Part shown: piece by piece, positions 14,974-31,928 of the stretch | Position numbering within the stretch: the first letter of the stretch is position 1 | How the letters are laid out: the number at the start of each line of letters is the position of its first letter | DNA from: Protoeuglena noctilucae | Lineage: Eukaryota | Length of the DNA: 64,000 bases | Reading direction: 5' to 3' | Assembly (NCBI GenBank): GCA_958009085.1 | Contig: OY253687.1 | Coordinates: forward strand, 372,001-436,000 | The notes under the pieces: generated by a model | Seen by the model: the letters and a program-made list of their open reading frames with translations, nothing else | The model's database searches: none | What the model was told of the DNA's origin: nothing | Translations under genes and position numbers: made by a program

Positions 14974-17286
14974 ATGCCTGGGGGTCTCCCGCGCCGCATC
15001 ACGCGCTCCTTCACCTCCGTCGTTGCGCAAAGAGCCGGGTTCGGCGACCTTCCTGCGCCGGAGAACAGGAGGGTGGTCGTCACGGGAATTGGCCTCGTCA
15101 CGCCGCTGGTGCGCCCTGCGTCGCGCTTTCGGCCCGGATTCGCCGATGCGTGGGCTCTCATGGTAGCTTGATCCTGTCGTTATTTGTTGCGCGCATGAGT
15201 CCAAGTGTTTCTGCCTCCCGCAGGCGGTGGGGGCGTCAGCATCATGGAGTGAGCTCTTGACCGGCCGCAGCGCCGTCCGCGCTTTGACGGAGGCCGACAT
15301 CGTGGGCCCGAGCAATCGGGAAACCTTTGAGCAGCTCCGATGTAAGGTCGCGGCGACGGTCGACCACGCTGCGCTGGCGTCATCCCCCTGGCTGGCAGCG
15401 TGCACAGCGCGCCTCTCGCGATGGCCCCCGTTCATCCGCTTCGCGCTCGCCGCGTCCTTCGAGGCAATCTTCGACGCCGGGTGCCCCGGGTCGCCCGCCC
15501 CGTCGCGCGAGTCGGCCGCGGAGCAGGTCGCAGCGGCGATGCGCGCACTCTCCGTCCCATCTTCCCGCTTCGGCGCGTCGATTGGCGCCGGGATGGGCTC
15601 ATCCGCGGACATTGCGGAAGTCGGCCGACTCGTCGCGACCGGCAGCGTCCGCCGGCTCTCGCCCTACTTTGTCCCGGGCGTGCTCGTCAACATGCCCTCG
15701 GGTCTTGTCAGCCTGGAGTTAGGATTGCGAGGCCCCAACCTCGCCGCAGCCACCGCGTGCGCGGCGGGAGCTCATGCTATTGCCGCAGCCTTCGACGCCA
15801 TTCGCCTGGGACAAGCGGACGCCATGATATGGTGCGTTGCGTTACACGTGCAATGGTTGTGGTTGTGGGCCACCCCTCACGCATCGCAAGCCATGCGCCC
15901 ACACCTTGCCACTTGCGCCACGACAACATTGCCACGTGCCGCTGTCGCTCACTGCTCCTCTCTGCCACTACCATGTCCCTGCCATGCCCGCTCCCACTCA
16001 CCACCACCCACACGCCCACGCCCCACACCCCACCACATCCCACCCTGCCCCCTTTGCAGCGGAGGCGCCGAGTCCGCGATCGACATCCCTGCCCTCGCCG
16101 GCTTTGGATCGTTACGTGCTCTGGCCGGGAAGTACAACAACAGCCCAGGCGAGGCGTCTCGCCCCTTCGACGTTGCTCGGGACGGCTTTGTGATGGGAGA
16201 GGGCGCGGGGGTGCTGGTGTTGGAGGAGGCAGGAAGGGCTGCGGCGAGGGGCGCGCGCGTTTACGCGGAGTTGCGTGGGGCGGGGTGCTCTGGCGACGCA
16301 CATCACATCACGCTACCACCGGAAGACGGCGATGGGGCGGTGCGGTGCATGGAGGCTGCAATGCGGGCCGCGGGGGTGCGGAGGGGAGAGGTAGCGTACA
16401 TCAACGCGCACGCCACGTCGACGCCGGACGGGTGAGGGTGGCATGGGTGGAGTGGGTGAGGGTGGAATGGGTGCGGTGGGTGAGTGACATCAGGGAAGGG
16501 TTGGCAGTAGCACTGTGCCTGAGTTGTGCTGAGGTGCGTGTGTGAATTTGGATTGAGCCAATATGAGCCTGCGTCCCTATTCACGCAGGGACGAGCGGGA
16601 GCAGGTGGCGATCGAGAGGGTGTTTCAAGCGCGCGCCACCCAGGGTGTCACGGGCGATGCGGGTGTGGCGGGGCCTGCCTCGCATACTGCCGCGACTGAG
16701 TCAGCGCCAGGGTCTGGTGCGTTAAATGAGATGGTGGGCAGCAGTGCAGGTGGTGAAGGTGGTGCACATAGCAACATCGATGGCCCCCCACTGCCGCTGT
16801 GGGTGTCATCGACCAAAGGGGCCACGGGGCATCTGCTGGGGGCAGCCGGGGGCGTCGAGGCGGCATTCACGGCACTGGCGCTCCACCACCGCATCGCACC
16901 GCCCACGGGTGAGCAAGGGGTCGGTAGTACGAGAGACAAACACATGGCATGGCAACTCCGCATCTCACCGCACACTGGTGAGCGAGTGATGGGGGGAGAC
17001 AGGCACATGAACAGGCAACACTAAGACGCAGTCATAGGCATCACCCATCCCACTCCCACATTACCACCCATCCCACCCCCGCACCGTCACCCATCCCACT
17101 CCCCGCATCCACCCCCCCGCAGCCAACCTGCAACGCCCCGACCCCCCCATTCTGGCGTCCTGCCTCGTTCGCCAGAAACCCCAGCCCCTGCCGTCGCAAA
17201 TACCTTTGGCTGCTCTGTCCAATTCCTTTGGATTCGGGGGCACCAACGCCACGCTCGTGTTTGCCACTGCACCCCACGTCCTGTGA
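14974..17286 (+). CDS. 3-oxoacyl-ACP synthase II, mitochondrial KAS (FabF/OXSM type)
   Basis: [24 protein letters not shown] (catalytic Cys), [50 protein letters not shown]; Arg-rich presequence. Confidence 0.92.
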
Positions 17287-17632
17287 CGTGATATGGCGGG
17301 GTGGGCGGTGCACTCACGGGGCATGCGACGTGCTGTGGGTGGTGTACTCACCATTATTGAGAGTAGTTTTTGCTCAGTATGGCTCAGTAGTGATGGATGT
17401 TCAGGCGGCCAGTCAGAAGCGCCTGTCTAAGAACTCGTCGCTTCAACTTGATAGACAACATCACGTTATTTCTAGTAATCGTCACGGATGCAGTCGGGAC
17501 GTGAAGACGCTCTCCACCCCCACGGGCATAGCTCAGGTCGACTTGTGCATGCCATGCCATGCAATGCCCACACATGCACCGCCCCCACAGTCTAACACAT
17601 TACATAGAGTCTATACCATGCGACCATTCCTC

Positions 17633-20600
17633 TCACGCCTCCTCCTCCGAGTCCTCCACGATCTCGATGGCCTCCGACAGTCTCTTGTAGGCCAGCACGA
17701 GGTTGTTGGCGCTGACGGTGCAGGTGAACCACCGCTCGAAGTCGTCGAACGTGATGGCCTTGACCACGCGCTGCTCGGAGATTTTAAACAGGATCTTTTC
17801 GACTGTCACCGCGGACCTTGGGGGGGTAAGAATGGTGGGGGAGTCAGTGGGGGAGAGACGGAGGGCGTAATGGGTGTGTTGGAGTCTTTCATACTGAATG
17901 TGCTGACCTCATTGCAGAGAGAGTGATTGGGGCATCATACAACAGCCGTGCACACCATTCACACCCGCATGCATGCCCCACCCCAACCCTCACCAGTCCA
18001 TGGCCACCATGGCCTCCACGATCGGCTGCATCGTCAGCACCCCCCCGTCCAGCTTGTCTTTCCTCTCAAAGACCTTCTGCATGTCCTCCCACAGCTTCCG
18101 AGAACACAGCCCACGGCCCCTCCTCTTGTTCGCCATCTGCACCATGTAACGGATCTCCTCGCGTGTTGCACCCGGGTACAGCATGCCCAGCACGGTGGCA
18201 AAGTCGCACACGCCGTTGCCCTTGCGGTCCATCAGGTTCCACACGTGGCGCGTCTGGGGTGGGGGTGGGTGTGGGGTGGGTGAGGGTGAGGGTGGCAGTG
18301 GGAGTGAGGGTGGCAGTGGGGGTTCTCCACCATGTCACCCCACCTCATTCGCCCAATCCCATTCCATCCCCTCTGACACAAACAACGCTTATCTACTCTC
18401 GCCTGCTCCACCATGTCCGGCATGGCCTCGCTGAGGAAGGCGCTGAAGGACGCCTGCGTGATGCCCCCCTTGTCGCCCGCCAGCGTCTCGAACATCTCTC
18501 GTGTTCTCACCAGGTCGTTCTCGCTCACCACCGCCAGCTTCGAGACCTTGTGGCCCACCGCGTTGTTCATGGCCGCGTTGGCGCGGATCACTGGGGGGGA
18601 GAGAGGTGTGGGGAGGGTGAATGGGAATGAGGAGAGGTGTTGGCGCGGATCACTGGGGTGAGGAGAGGTGAGGGGTGATGATGGAGAGAGGTGAGTGGTT
18701 GGTCATGGCGACGTTGGCGCAGATTACTGGGGGGGAGGGGGAGAGGTGAGGGGTGATTGGTTGTGATTAGAGGAGGTGATGAGGAGCTGTGTTGTTCATA
18801 GCCGCGTTGGCGCGGATCACTGGGGGAAGGGTGAGGGGAGGAGATGAGGAGAGGTGGATAGCAAGTGCGGAGGGCGAGTAGCCCAGAAAAGGGGAGAGGG
18901 GGCTTGAATTGCATGCTTCTACTTTCCCTCAGTCGCCACTCTATGTTTCGAACACTTTGCATCACCTCACACTCACTCAAACCCACCCCCACCCCACCCC
19001 TACTCTCACCAATGTAGTCCTCCTTGCTCCCCCACAGGTGCCGGTCGGGCACCGCGGACTTCTGGTGCGTCCCCATTCCGTAGTTCTTCAGCCCAGCGGG
19101 GGCCATAGACGTCTGATACGACGATCGCCTCGACGCCCCGCGTGACGAGGGCGCACCACCCCCCGGCACGCTGCCCCTCCTGCCCAGACCCCCCTCATCC
19201 TCCGTCGTGCTCCCGCCGCCTCCGCTGCTCTCCGTGCTGCGCCAGATGCCCCGGCTGTCGCCCCACCCGCCCCGCTCCTCTACCGTCCCAAGCCCCGTCG
19301 CCCCCCGCTGTGTACCCGTATCCGACGCCCTTCCACCCGAACCCCCCGCGCTCTCCCCCGACCCCAGCCGGCCTAAACCAGATTGGAACGCCCCCATCGC
19401 CGCCGCCGTCACAGCCTGCTTGCTGAGGGAAGACACGGCGCCGCGTGGGGTGGCGGCGGCGGAGCGTACCTGCGAGGCCATCGCGCGCGACATGGAGAGG
19501 GCGCGGAGGACCCCGCGGGGCAGCTCGCGGGCTCCGGAGGCGGAGGGGAGAGGGGCGCTGTCCTGCAGTGGGTGGGGTGGGGTGTGGGTGTGGGTGTGCG
19601 TGGTGTGTGGTGACTGGGAGGTGGGGTGGGGCGCGGTGGGGGTGGGGGGTGCATTAGGAGCCAATTACTCTGCTTTGCACCCATTCATGCCAACTGTACG
19701 TTCCCTTTCCCTCACCTTGCGATCGAGAGCGTCCTTCCCCATCGCCGACTCCAAGTCGCTCTCCTCCCCCCAGTCGTCGTCCTCTTCCTCCTCCCGCCGC
19801 TGCCTCCGCCGCTCCTCCCGCATCTCCCTGACCCGCGCGCCCTCCGCCAGAATCGGGTCCACCCCCTCCTTCAGATATTCATAAGTGAAGAAATCCTCGT
19901 CGTGGAGATACCCGGCCGATTCGAGGACGCGGGCCACGGGGGACGTGCCGATGCCGATGTCTGGGATGTGAGGGAGGTGGGGGTGAGGGTTGGGGTCAGG
20001 GTGAGGGTGAGGGGTGAGGGTGAGCGGGGGAGGTGCAGATGCCGATCTCTGGGGGTGAGGGGTGAGGGTGAGGGTGGCAGTGAGACCCGCACTGCCGTCC
20101 CTGCGACCTGACAGCAACACGGTGACCGCCCATCTCACACACAGAGTCATTGGGCGCCCCACCGCAGCAGCCACCCACGGCCATAGCTGCTGCCCACTCA
20201 CCCGAGTGGGCGCACCATGGTCATCCACAATCACCACAAACACTCACCCGAGTGGGCGCACCACCGCAGCAGCTCGTACCGCGACGTCACCACCGAAGCC
20301 TCCCCGCGGTTCATCGCCGTGCGGACCCGGTGGGGGAGCTTGGAGGGGTCCACCTCGCCCAGCCGCTCGCGCATGAAAATCATCTCGCGCTGCACAGGAA
20401 AAGAGAAGGGAGGGCTCGATGCGGAGCGCGAGAGGCGGGGTGAAAAGTGTTATGGACAAGAAAAGGCCTCCGCGCAAGCGGCTTCCGCACCTTGATGTCG
20501 TCCCACGCTGCGTCCAGCTCCCGTTGACGACGAAGAGTCGCGCGGCTTATCTTAGGGCCGGGCGGCCGGTTGCCCGGGATCGAGTAGGCGGCCTCACGCA

Positions 20601-20789
20601 GTACGGCCTCCAGCAGCGGCGCCGGGATCTGCTGCGAGTAGCGCTTCGAGAGACCCGAGCTCCGTCTGCGAAAGGAGAAGCGGGAAAGTCGGTTCACGGG
20701 CGCTAGCATGCGCGGCGCGAGGAAAAGCGCAGGGAAACGCACCTTGGCGTCCCCGGGCCCGAAGAGTCGTCAACTCCCTGCCGCTCCAT
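17633..20789 (-). CDS. EF-hand-containing protein with long low-complexity N-terminal region (about 8 exons)
   Basis: EF-hand-like loops DRKGNGVCDFAT, DKLDGGVLT, ITFDDFERWF; exon chain from MERQGVDD (20789) is frame-consistent. Confidence 0.65.
18565..18826 (-). repeat. Four degenerate copies of an acceptor-junction sequence (core GTTGGCGCGGATCACTGGGG on +)
   Basis: Copies at about 18574 (true junction), 18638, 18711 and 18803. Confidence 0.85.
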
Positions 20790-21419
20790 TTCCAAGGACA
20801 GGGCCTCGAGTTTCGTCTTCAGATCTGGCTCCGGCTCACGCTCCAAGACCTCGCTCGGCGCCTTCTCCGCTTCCTGGGGCGCGCGCTCAGGTCAACGCAT
20901 GCGTGCAGGCAGCTGCGCAGAGCAGAGGCACTTGCGACCCCGCCAGCTGCACGACGGAGCAAATCCAGTGAATGCGTGATGACGCTCACCATTCGCGCCC
21001 TTATCGGGCCGCTGCGGCCCCGCACTAGGTCGGACATCCTGCTTCCCCTGCAGCGTGGCCGGGTGCGCGCCCTCCAGCAGGATCAGAGTTGGCAGATAAC
21101 TGCACGCACGGCGAACCGGCGCGGATACGTCACTCGCCAGCCTCCTGCCCGTCGTAGAGGCCTAGCTACTCGGGGAAGCGAGGAGCAACTGGAAGGCGAC
21201 ACGGTTCGGGGACTAGAGGATGAGGATGACACGTTGCATCGGCGCTTTGTACAAACAAAGCCCCCAGTCGGCTGCAAGTCGTTGTGCGGCTGCCTGAAAC
21301 TGTCATGCTCTTTACCCGGCAGCGCCGTCCCGATGCGGTCCCGATGCGACAGGAAACGAGTCGTTCAAAAGCGGAAAGCGCGATTCCGAGCTATTGGCGC
21401 CCCATCGCCGCTCAGCCGA

Positions 21420-24737
<3,318 letters not shown>

Positions 24738-25310
24738 CGTAGCGGCGCGAGCGCGGCGGGAAAAGAGGAAAGGAACCTGACCGCCGGCGATGCCCGCAGC
24801 GCCGAGCACCGGGCGGGTGGTCAGCCATCGAGTCAAAGACGGGACATTGCGAGGAATGCGAGGGAGAGGCGCGCGGTCCCAGGCCCTCACCAGCGCCGAG
24901 CCCGCCCTCGCGAGGCGCCTCCCGCGCCGAATGGCCGCAAGCATGGCTCACACTGCTAGGCACAGCTCTAAAAAGGCGGACTGTGTTCTCACACCCCCGG
25001 TGTGGAGCGCGGACGTGTACGAGTGGCGCCGGGCCGTCGCGCCCGTTGGGATCCCCTGCCAGAAGAGACGGTGCCGGCGATGCGATGGAGCCCCTGGCCC
25101 GTCCACGCCGACGGCAGACAGCTACTCATGCTGGCGAGCGCTTCGTGCGGGTATCCATCGCGCCATCCGCGCCGCAACACTCCCCTGCTTTGCTCAAGCT
25201 CTCTCAGCGCGCAGGTGGGAGCTGGAAGCCTGAGACGGCCGCCCGTGAAGGCCCATACATTACGTGAAGTCAAGCAACCGAACGCGACCAGCCGCTGTGT
25301 CTCGGGGGCG

Positions 25311-26349
25311 ATGGAGGAGCGGGGAGACAGAGCGAAGCGGGTCCGCCTGTCCAAGCGGCGGAAGTCGCGGGCGAGCGCCGCAAAGGCCGCCGTTCCGAAG
25401 GGATTCCAACGCGTACATCCGCTCTTGTCGGTGAGCGGGCCTCCAATTGGGCGCCGCCGTCCCAGGGCTGCCGCACTTCACGCGCGCTTAACGTGACGCG
25501 TCACCCGTTCGACCCCGCAGCCGGGGAATGCCTGGACTTGGCGCTTCCTGCCGGGCTTGGCGCTTGGCTTCGCGTTGAGGGCCTGGCTGGGATGGATGGA
25601 CCCAGGGAGGCGCAGGTGAGCGTGAAGGCGCTGGCATGGCCCGCAGCGCTGCCATCGGAGCCCGAGGTGGCGAGCTGGCCCCGTCGATTGCGCGCGCAGG
25701 AAGCCAAGCGCGGCGGCTGCACCAAGCGCGGCTGCCATGGGGTCGAACGGCGCAGAGGAGGAGGAGGAGGAGGAAGACGAGGAGGAGGAGTACCCTGGTG
25801 GCGAGGAGCTCAAGATGGTTCTGTGGTGAAACAGCGAAGCGACGTTGTTTGCAAAGCAGGCATCATATTGTGCGGCGATGCGGCAGAGACGGACGGCACG
25901 GTCTCCCTCCTCCGCACTTGCAGCGTGAACGAGGACCTGAAGATGGGGAAGGGCAAGATCGCGGCGCAGTGCGCACACGCTGCGGTCGGGGTGCTCATGG
26001 ATTTGGTGGAGGAGGGGCAGGACCGGCTGATTCGGCGTTACAACTCGTGCGGCCAGCCCAAGGTGGCGCTCAAGGCCCAGGACCTGCCTCAGGTGCGCAA
26101 CTGTGGGGGTCACAGCTGCACTGATGCAGTGGCGACCGGTGGCTGGCGACGGCGGCAAGCGCCTTGTCATGCTCGCTGCCGCAGTTGATGAGCCTGGAGT
26201 CCCAGGCACGGTCCTTACGCCTCCCGACCTACATGGTCGCCGATGCGGGGCGGACGCAGATCGCTGCGGGAAGCCGTACAGTCCTCGCCATCGGACCGGG
26301 GCCCAAGAGTGTGATTGACCAGGTCACAGGGCACCTGAAGCTGCTCTGA
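25311..26349 (+). CDS. PTH2: Peptidyl-tRNA hydrolase 2 with N-terminal TM anchor
   Basis: [62 protein letters not shown]. Confidence 0.92.
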
Positions 26350-27051
26350 GACCTCAGAAACTGCGCTGACGTGCCAGTGGCACAGCTGGTGGCACAGCCG
26401 GCGCCCTTTGAAGGCCTGCAAGCGTGTTGATTGTGCTGAAAAACGACACTGTTCATATCAAGGTGGGTTTGAATGCAAAGTGCGCTGGCTCTGAGCACGG
26501 CAATTTCCCAGCCGCATGCAACGTCCTCGATGGGCCTTCCGGGACGCCGATGCCGAACATTTGTCATTCATTCTGCCAACGGGTCCGTGGGAGTGGGCCT
26601 GGGGTCCACGGATCGGGCTTCGTTTCCTGGCCTGCCCTTTTCCCCACCACTCCCGCCACGGCTTGACTCCTCGACCTCGCAACCGCGTCTGTTTCCATTG
26701 ATCGTACCCCAGCATCCACGGCATCTGCCCACCGATGGCCTCCTGCGCAACCTCGGGACTCCCCCTGGTCTCTCACTTAGAGCGCCCGCTGTCGTGCGCG
26801 CTGGCATGAACTCGAGGTCTCCCTTGGTCGTTGGCAGCAGATCTAGCTGCCGCGTCGTCAGAGCGCCTTGCATGTGGTTTGGTGGCCTCCCTTAGCCGTA
26901 GCGGCACCCTGAATGGGGCGCCTGTTAGCCAGCCCCTGCACCGCTCAGCGCGCCCTGCACCGCCGATGCCTGCATGCACATCTGCAGCCTTCAAGTTCCA
27001 CTGCCCTCCGCCCCGCGCAGGGAACCACCGCGACCGGCACGCGTCTCCACG

Positions 27052-28618
27052 ATGGCCTTCTCGCTCCCCGCCCTGCCCTACGGTGCGCGGCCCAACTGCG
27101 CTGCAGCCGGCGTCTTCCCTGCCGCATGTAGCTCTGCGCTTGTAACAGCCGCGGTCCCGGTCCGGCCCGCAGAGTATGGGGCGCTCCAGCCCCACATCGA
27201 CCTGGAGACCATGACCCTCCACCACACCAAGCACCACCAGGTGCGTGGCCGGCCGCCTGTGCGCCAGAGACTCATACACGGGACGGCGACGAAGATCCCT
27301 GCCACGCAGTCCACGGTTTACCACCTGACGTAGAGCCACGAGCTGCGGGACCACGAACTGTGGACGGTACCAACACAAGCATGACTACGTTGACTGCAGA
27401 CGTACATCAACAACGCCAACGGTGCTCTGGACAAGGTCCCCGACCTCAAGTCGATGAACATTGTGGACCTGAACCGTGCGGTCGGCACCGACGCCATCCC
27501 GGCTGAGGTGAGTGCACACGCACAAGGGACGCGAGAGTTGTGAGGGACAGGATGGCAGTGTTCATGCTGAAGTCCAGCAGCAGCCCTGTTGCAGAATGGC
27601 ACGCTGTGCAGTCCACTCCTCGCACCGCACGCACCTCTATCCGATCTCCCTCGCCCATCCTCCCTCACACCACCCTCACATCCCTCTCGACCCATGCCAC
27701 CTCCGCCCTCACCTGCACCCCTCACCTCCCCTCGACCCGCTACTCACCCTCACCCCTCACCGCCCCTGGCCCCGCTACTCACTTGAACACCTCTCCGCCC
27801 CTCCCAGGTCTCCACGGTCCTCCGCAACAACGGCGGCGGCCACTGGAACCACTCCTTCTTCTGGCGCATCATGTGCCCCCCCAGCGAGACCAACGGCTGC
27901 TCGGGCGACCTCAAGGCGCAGATCGAAGCCGACTTTGGGTCGATCGACAACATGAAGGCCCAGTTCAACGCCGCGGCGGCCGCGCGCTTCGGGTCCGGTG
28001 CGTGGCTGCGGGGGGTATCTGCTTTGCAATCCGACGAAACGGGTAGTGGGGGGTAGCGGGGATGGCAATTGCTCCGCTGTGCGACCTTCCCGTCTCGGAT
28101 GCTCTCACTGCGACGATGTAATTTAATGCTACTGCTCCTGTGTCTGCGCAGGGTGGGCCTGGCTGGGCCTCAAGAGCGACGGCCACCTGACCATCACGTC
28201 AACGCCCAACCAGGACAACCCCCTGATGTCTCTGGCCGACACGCCCTGCACGCCCATCATCGGCCTCGACGTCTGGGAGCACGCCTACTACCTCAAGTAC
28301 CAGGTGAATGCTGATGCATGCGTGCCAGTATGTGAATCAACTGGAAATCAACTCGTACCCAGTCCTTGACGATGCAGTGTCGCTCCAATGTAAGTGTAAC
28401 TCTCCCCATCGACAACACGCACCGCACCGCACCTGCCGAGACTGTTGTAATTGCACCCCACCGCACTGCACCCCACCCCACCGCAACACTGTGTGCTCTC
28501 TTCTATGCAGAACCGCCGCCCCGAGTACATCCAGGCCTTCTGGAACGTCGTGAACTGGGAGAGGGCCCAGGAGAACTTCAGCAGCGCCAAGCACGGCGTC
28601 GTGGCCGAGGTCCTGTGA
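27052..28618 (+). CDS. Manganese superoxide dismutase (6 exons)
   Basis: [50 protein letters not shown] and NQD are the Mn-type signature. Confidence 0.93.
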
Positions 28619-29106
28619 GAGGCTGGCCCGGTGAGGTGACTGAGGTCTTGTGAGCGCCCGCACCGCTGTGGAGGTGATGCGACAGGACACCAGCCGTGCT
28701 ATGAAGAAGTGGTGGTGTCTATGATAGACACCATTTGGTGTTCAAGTGGAGTACACAGACCGATGTACTCTGATGCGCTGCATGACGTTCGGCATGTGTC
28801 GTTCCCGGCCGCAGGGATGGCGACCGGAGCGCGAGACTGTGACGCGTCTCTTGGATACCCACGTGGCTGCGAGAGCCAGCAGCCAAGCTGGCGCTTGCCT
28901 TCCGCTATTGCCATGCCGATCACCGATACCTGTGGTGTTGAATACCGAATGACCAATGCTAGGGGTCCAGTCCAATCTCGACACTACTGGTGACATCGCC
29001 CAGTCCGCGCCTAGCCTAACAGATGGAGCAATCGTCACAGGCGAAAATGCTCGTCGTCCGCTCACTAAACCTAACATCATCATCACACCCCAACCTGCTC
29101 TGGCTC

Positions 29107-31645
29107 TCAGCCACCGCCCTCAGCTTCCAACGCCCCTCCGTCCCCTCGGCCCATGTCCACTTGGGCCAAGAAGCGCACGTATCGCTGCACGAACCCCCTC
29201 TGCGAGGGTATGATGTGCCCCAAGTCATGACGCACGGTCGTGCGTGCCATGGGATCAAACGCCCCCTCCAGCTCAACGTGCTGTGGCGAGGCCAGCTGCC
29301 GGTCCGCATCCCCGAAGCAGTGCAGAGAGGGCACGCGGAGGGGCCCCGCCCGCGCCAGCAGCGCCCGCAGCTCCGGCGCGACGGGCAGGTGACCCGAGAA
29401 CAGCAACGCAAAATGCAGCGGCTCTGTCCCGGCCACTTCCCCGTGCCCTGCCTGCTGTGCGGCACACAGGGCAGCGGCCACACCAGCGCCCTGCGAGAAG
29501 CCCAGCACGCCGTCGAAAGGGCCACGGTCCCGCAGCACGTTTCCCAGGTAAGTGATCGATTCCTGCCAGCCCAGAACCTGCCCAGCAATATGGGCGGGGG
29601 TATCTCCGTCCTCTGGGGGGGCATCACTGCGCAAGGATAGAAGCGTGGTGGTCAGTACATGTGATGCAATACATGTGAGGCTGGCTGGGGCGTGCGAGGT
29701 GAGAGTGGGGCTGGTTAGGGTGTGAGGCAAGAGGTGGGGCAGCCACCCTTCCTTAGCGAGCGTCCTAACAACAAACAACAACAAACACCGGACCCTCACC
29801 ATGTCACGACCCGCCCAGCATGGGTGCGGTCTGCGTCAGAGACCAGCCACGCGCGACGGGGGTTCTTGGCCACCGCCACGTGCCCCGCACCACCCTCCTC
29901 TTCGCCACCACCGCCACTGTCACCGCCACCGCCACTGTCACCGCCTGCCCTCCCATCTGCCCCTGCCTCTGCCGACTGCAGGCCGTCCTCTGCTCCACCA
30001 CTTCGCCCCACGTCGCCAAGCTCGGGGTCCGGATTGCCGCTCCAGACGTAGTATGGGAGCGTGTGTGGCGCGTCCACAAACACCAACTCTGCCGCCTGCT
30101 TGATTCGCTTCTGCAGGGCTCTCGTGCGGCCCCGCAGGCTGCTCGCAGATTGCCGGAAACCGTGCAAACACAGGATGCGGAGTGGCCGGATCTGCGGGAC
30201 ACCCATAAAGCGATATGCTTAAACCCCGCCGGCCAGTGTCGCTCAATACACAGGCAGTCGCTGTCGTGCACATGGGGGTGTGCCAGAGAAGCAACGCACC
30301 CAACGCACATCGCGCCTCACCGCTGCCTGCCGATCCCTTTGGGCTGCCCCAGCGCCACCTCGGCAGAGCTCGCACAGCCACTTCATGCGCTGTCTGCCAT
30401 CGCCATTGTCAGCATCACCGTCTCCTCGGCCCGAACACGAGGCGCCGTCCATGTCGCCTCCCTGGGTACCACCCATCACCCCCACTCCCTCCTCTCCCGC
30501 CACCGTCGTCCCACCGTCACCCTCCCCACCCTCTCCCAGCCCCTGCGCCCAACTCCCTCCCTTTCCCGCAATGCGTCGATCCTTGTCCGCCCCCGCTGCG
30601 CACCTGTCGCACACCAGCACCAGCATCCGGCACTGCCCGCACCGCCGACGCCGGGAGTAGTCATCGTGCGGGTCGCCGCACTCCTGGCAAGCGCCCGTGA
30701 CCACGCCGGTCCCCGAATCGACGGCGCCGCGCTCGTCGAACACGAAGTTCTTGCCGGCGAAGAAGGAACGGTCGGGCGCGATGGTCTCAAGGTACCTTTG
30801 GATGCCGCCGCGCAGCTGCACCGCGTCCGCGAACGCGGGGCCCTTGGATCGCAGGTACGCGCTGGCGCGCTCGCACCGGACGCCCCCGGTGCAGTACATG
30901 AGCACGCGGCGGCCCCGCAGGGACGCCCCGTTCGCGTCCATCCACGCTGGCAAGTCGCTGAAGCATCGCGTGGGCGGGAGGAGCGTGCGGACGCCGGGGA
31001 CCTGGAACCGACCGATGCGACTCTCGTAGAGGTTGCGAGCGTCCAGAATCACGGCTGAGTCAGGAGACCGCTGCGGATAGCCGGCAAAAAGGACGAAGCA
31101 TTGCTTCTTCCCACTTGCCAAGCGCGGCGCAGTCTGGGCTCTAAACCTGGTGGCTCAAGAATGCATTTGCAAAGTCGTTTTGACAAACACTATGCGCATG
31201 CAAAGGGCTCAGCGCCTATCACCAGTGCCTCGAGGAGGAGGGCGTGGAACTCGGCCGGAGAGGCGTGAGGGGCCGCGAGGTCCGCGCTGGCCAGGTGCGC
31301 GGCGGCGGGGCCCAGCGACACGACCTCCTGAACGAGCTCGACGACGAGGCCGGAGAATTTGGACTCCTCGACCGCGGCACTCGACGCGGGCCCCGAGCTT
31401 TCGCAGAGCTTGAAGTCGATGTCGTGGCCGCCCAGGAGTGGGTGCGCGCGGACATCCTCGATGTGGCGCTGCAGATCCGCCATGGGGCCGCCGAGCGTGG
31501 CGTTGACGCCGTCCCACGCCACGCGCACCCTCCCCACGAGGCCCAGCGCGTGGACGGACCCATGATACCAGCTTCTCACATCCTCTCGTCGCCCGTCGCG
31601 AAGGTCGACGTACGCGTAGTACAGCAATATGCCCCTCGACGGCAT
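29107..31645 (-). CDS. STR6: Rhodanese (TrhO/UPF0176-type) fused to FSH1 serine hydrolase, STR6-like
   Basis: ILLYYAY, GVNATLGG, LDARNLYESRIGRF, MYCTGGVRCE, GKNFVFDER; then ILCLHGFRQ, FDGVLGFSQG, HDLGHIIP. Confidence 0.88.
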
Positions 31646-31928
31646 ATCGGGTGGGAATGGGCCAGCAGGGGCCCCGAGTTTGCGAGACGAGCACGAAACG
31701 CTCTGACAGCGACGTTCCGGTTGCTGCTTCATGCGGTGCAAACCGCTGGCGAGGACGCACAGAACGGGTGCGTCTGCGATTCAGCCATCCATGCGCGCTG
31801 GCATCGGCAGGATCGCGGCGCTAGGGCGGCGCGGCGTCCAGCAACAGTGTTCCCCGTCTGCTCGCCGCATCGGAGCGCGAGAAGCGCGTTTTGCCCCAGC
31901 CCTGCGCGTCCGAGTCGGCGTAGAGGCG

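Noticed and set aside
18565..18826. Repeat-spacer arrangement resembling a CRISPR array
   Set aside because: Repeats are degenerate copies of an exon junction, spacers are low-complexity and uneven, there are no cas genes, and the context is eukaryotic.
29107..31645. Rhodanese plus serine hydrolase fusion as a novelty
   Set aside because: The same architecture is known from plant STR6.
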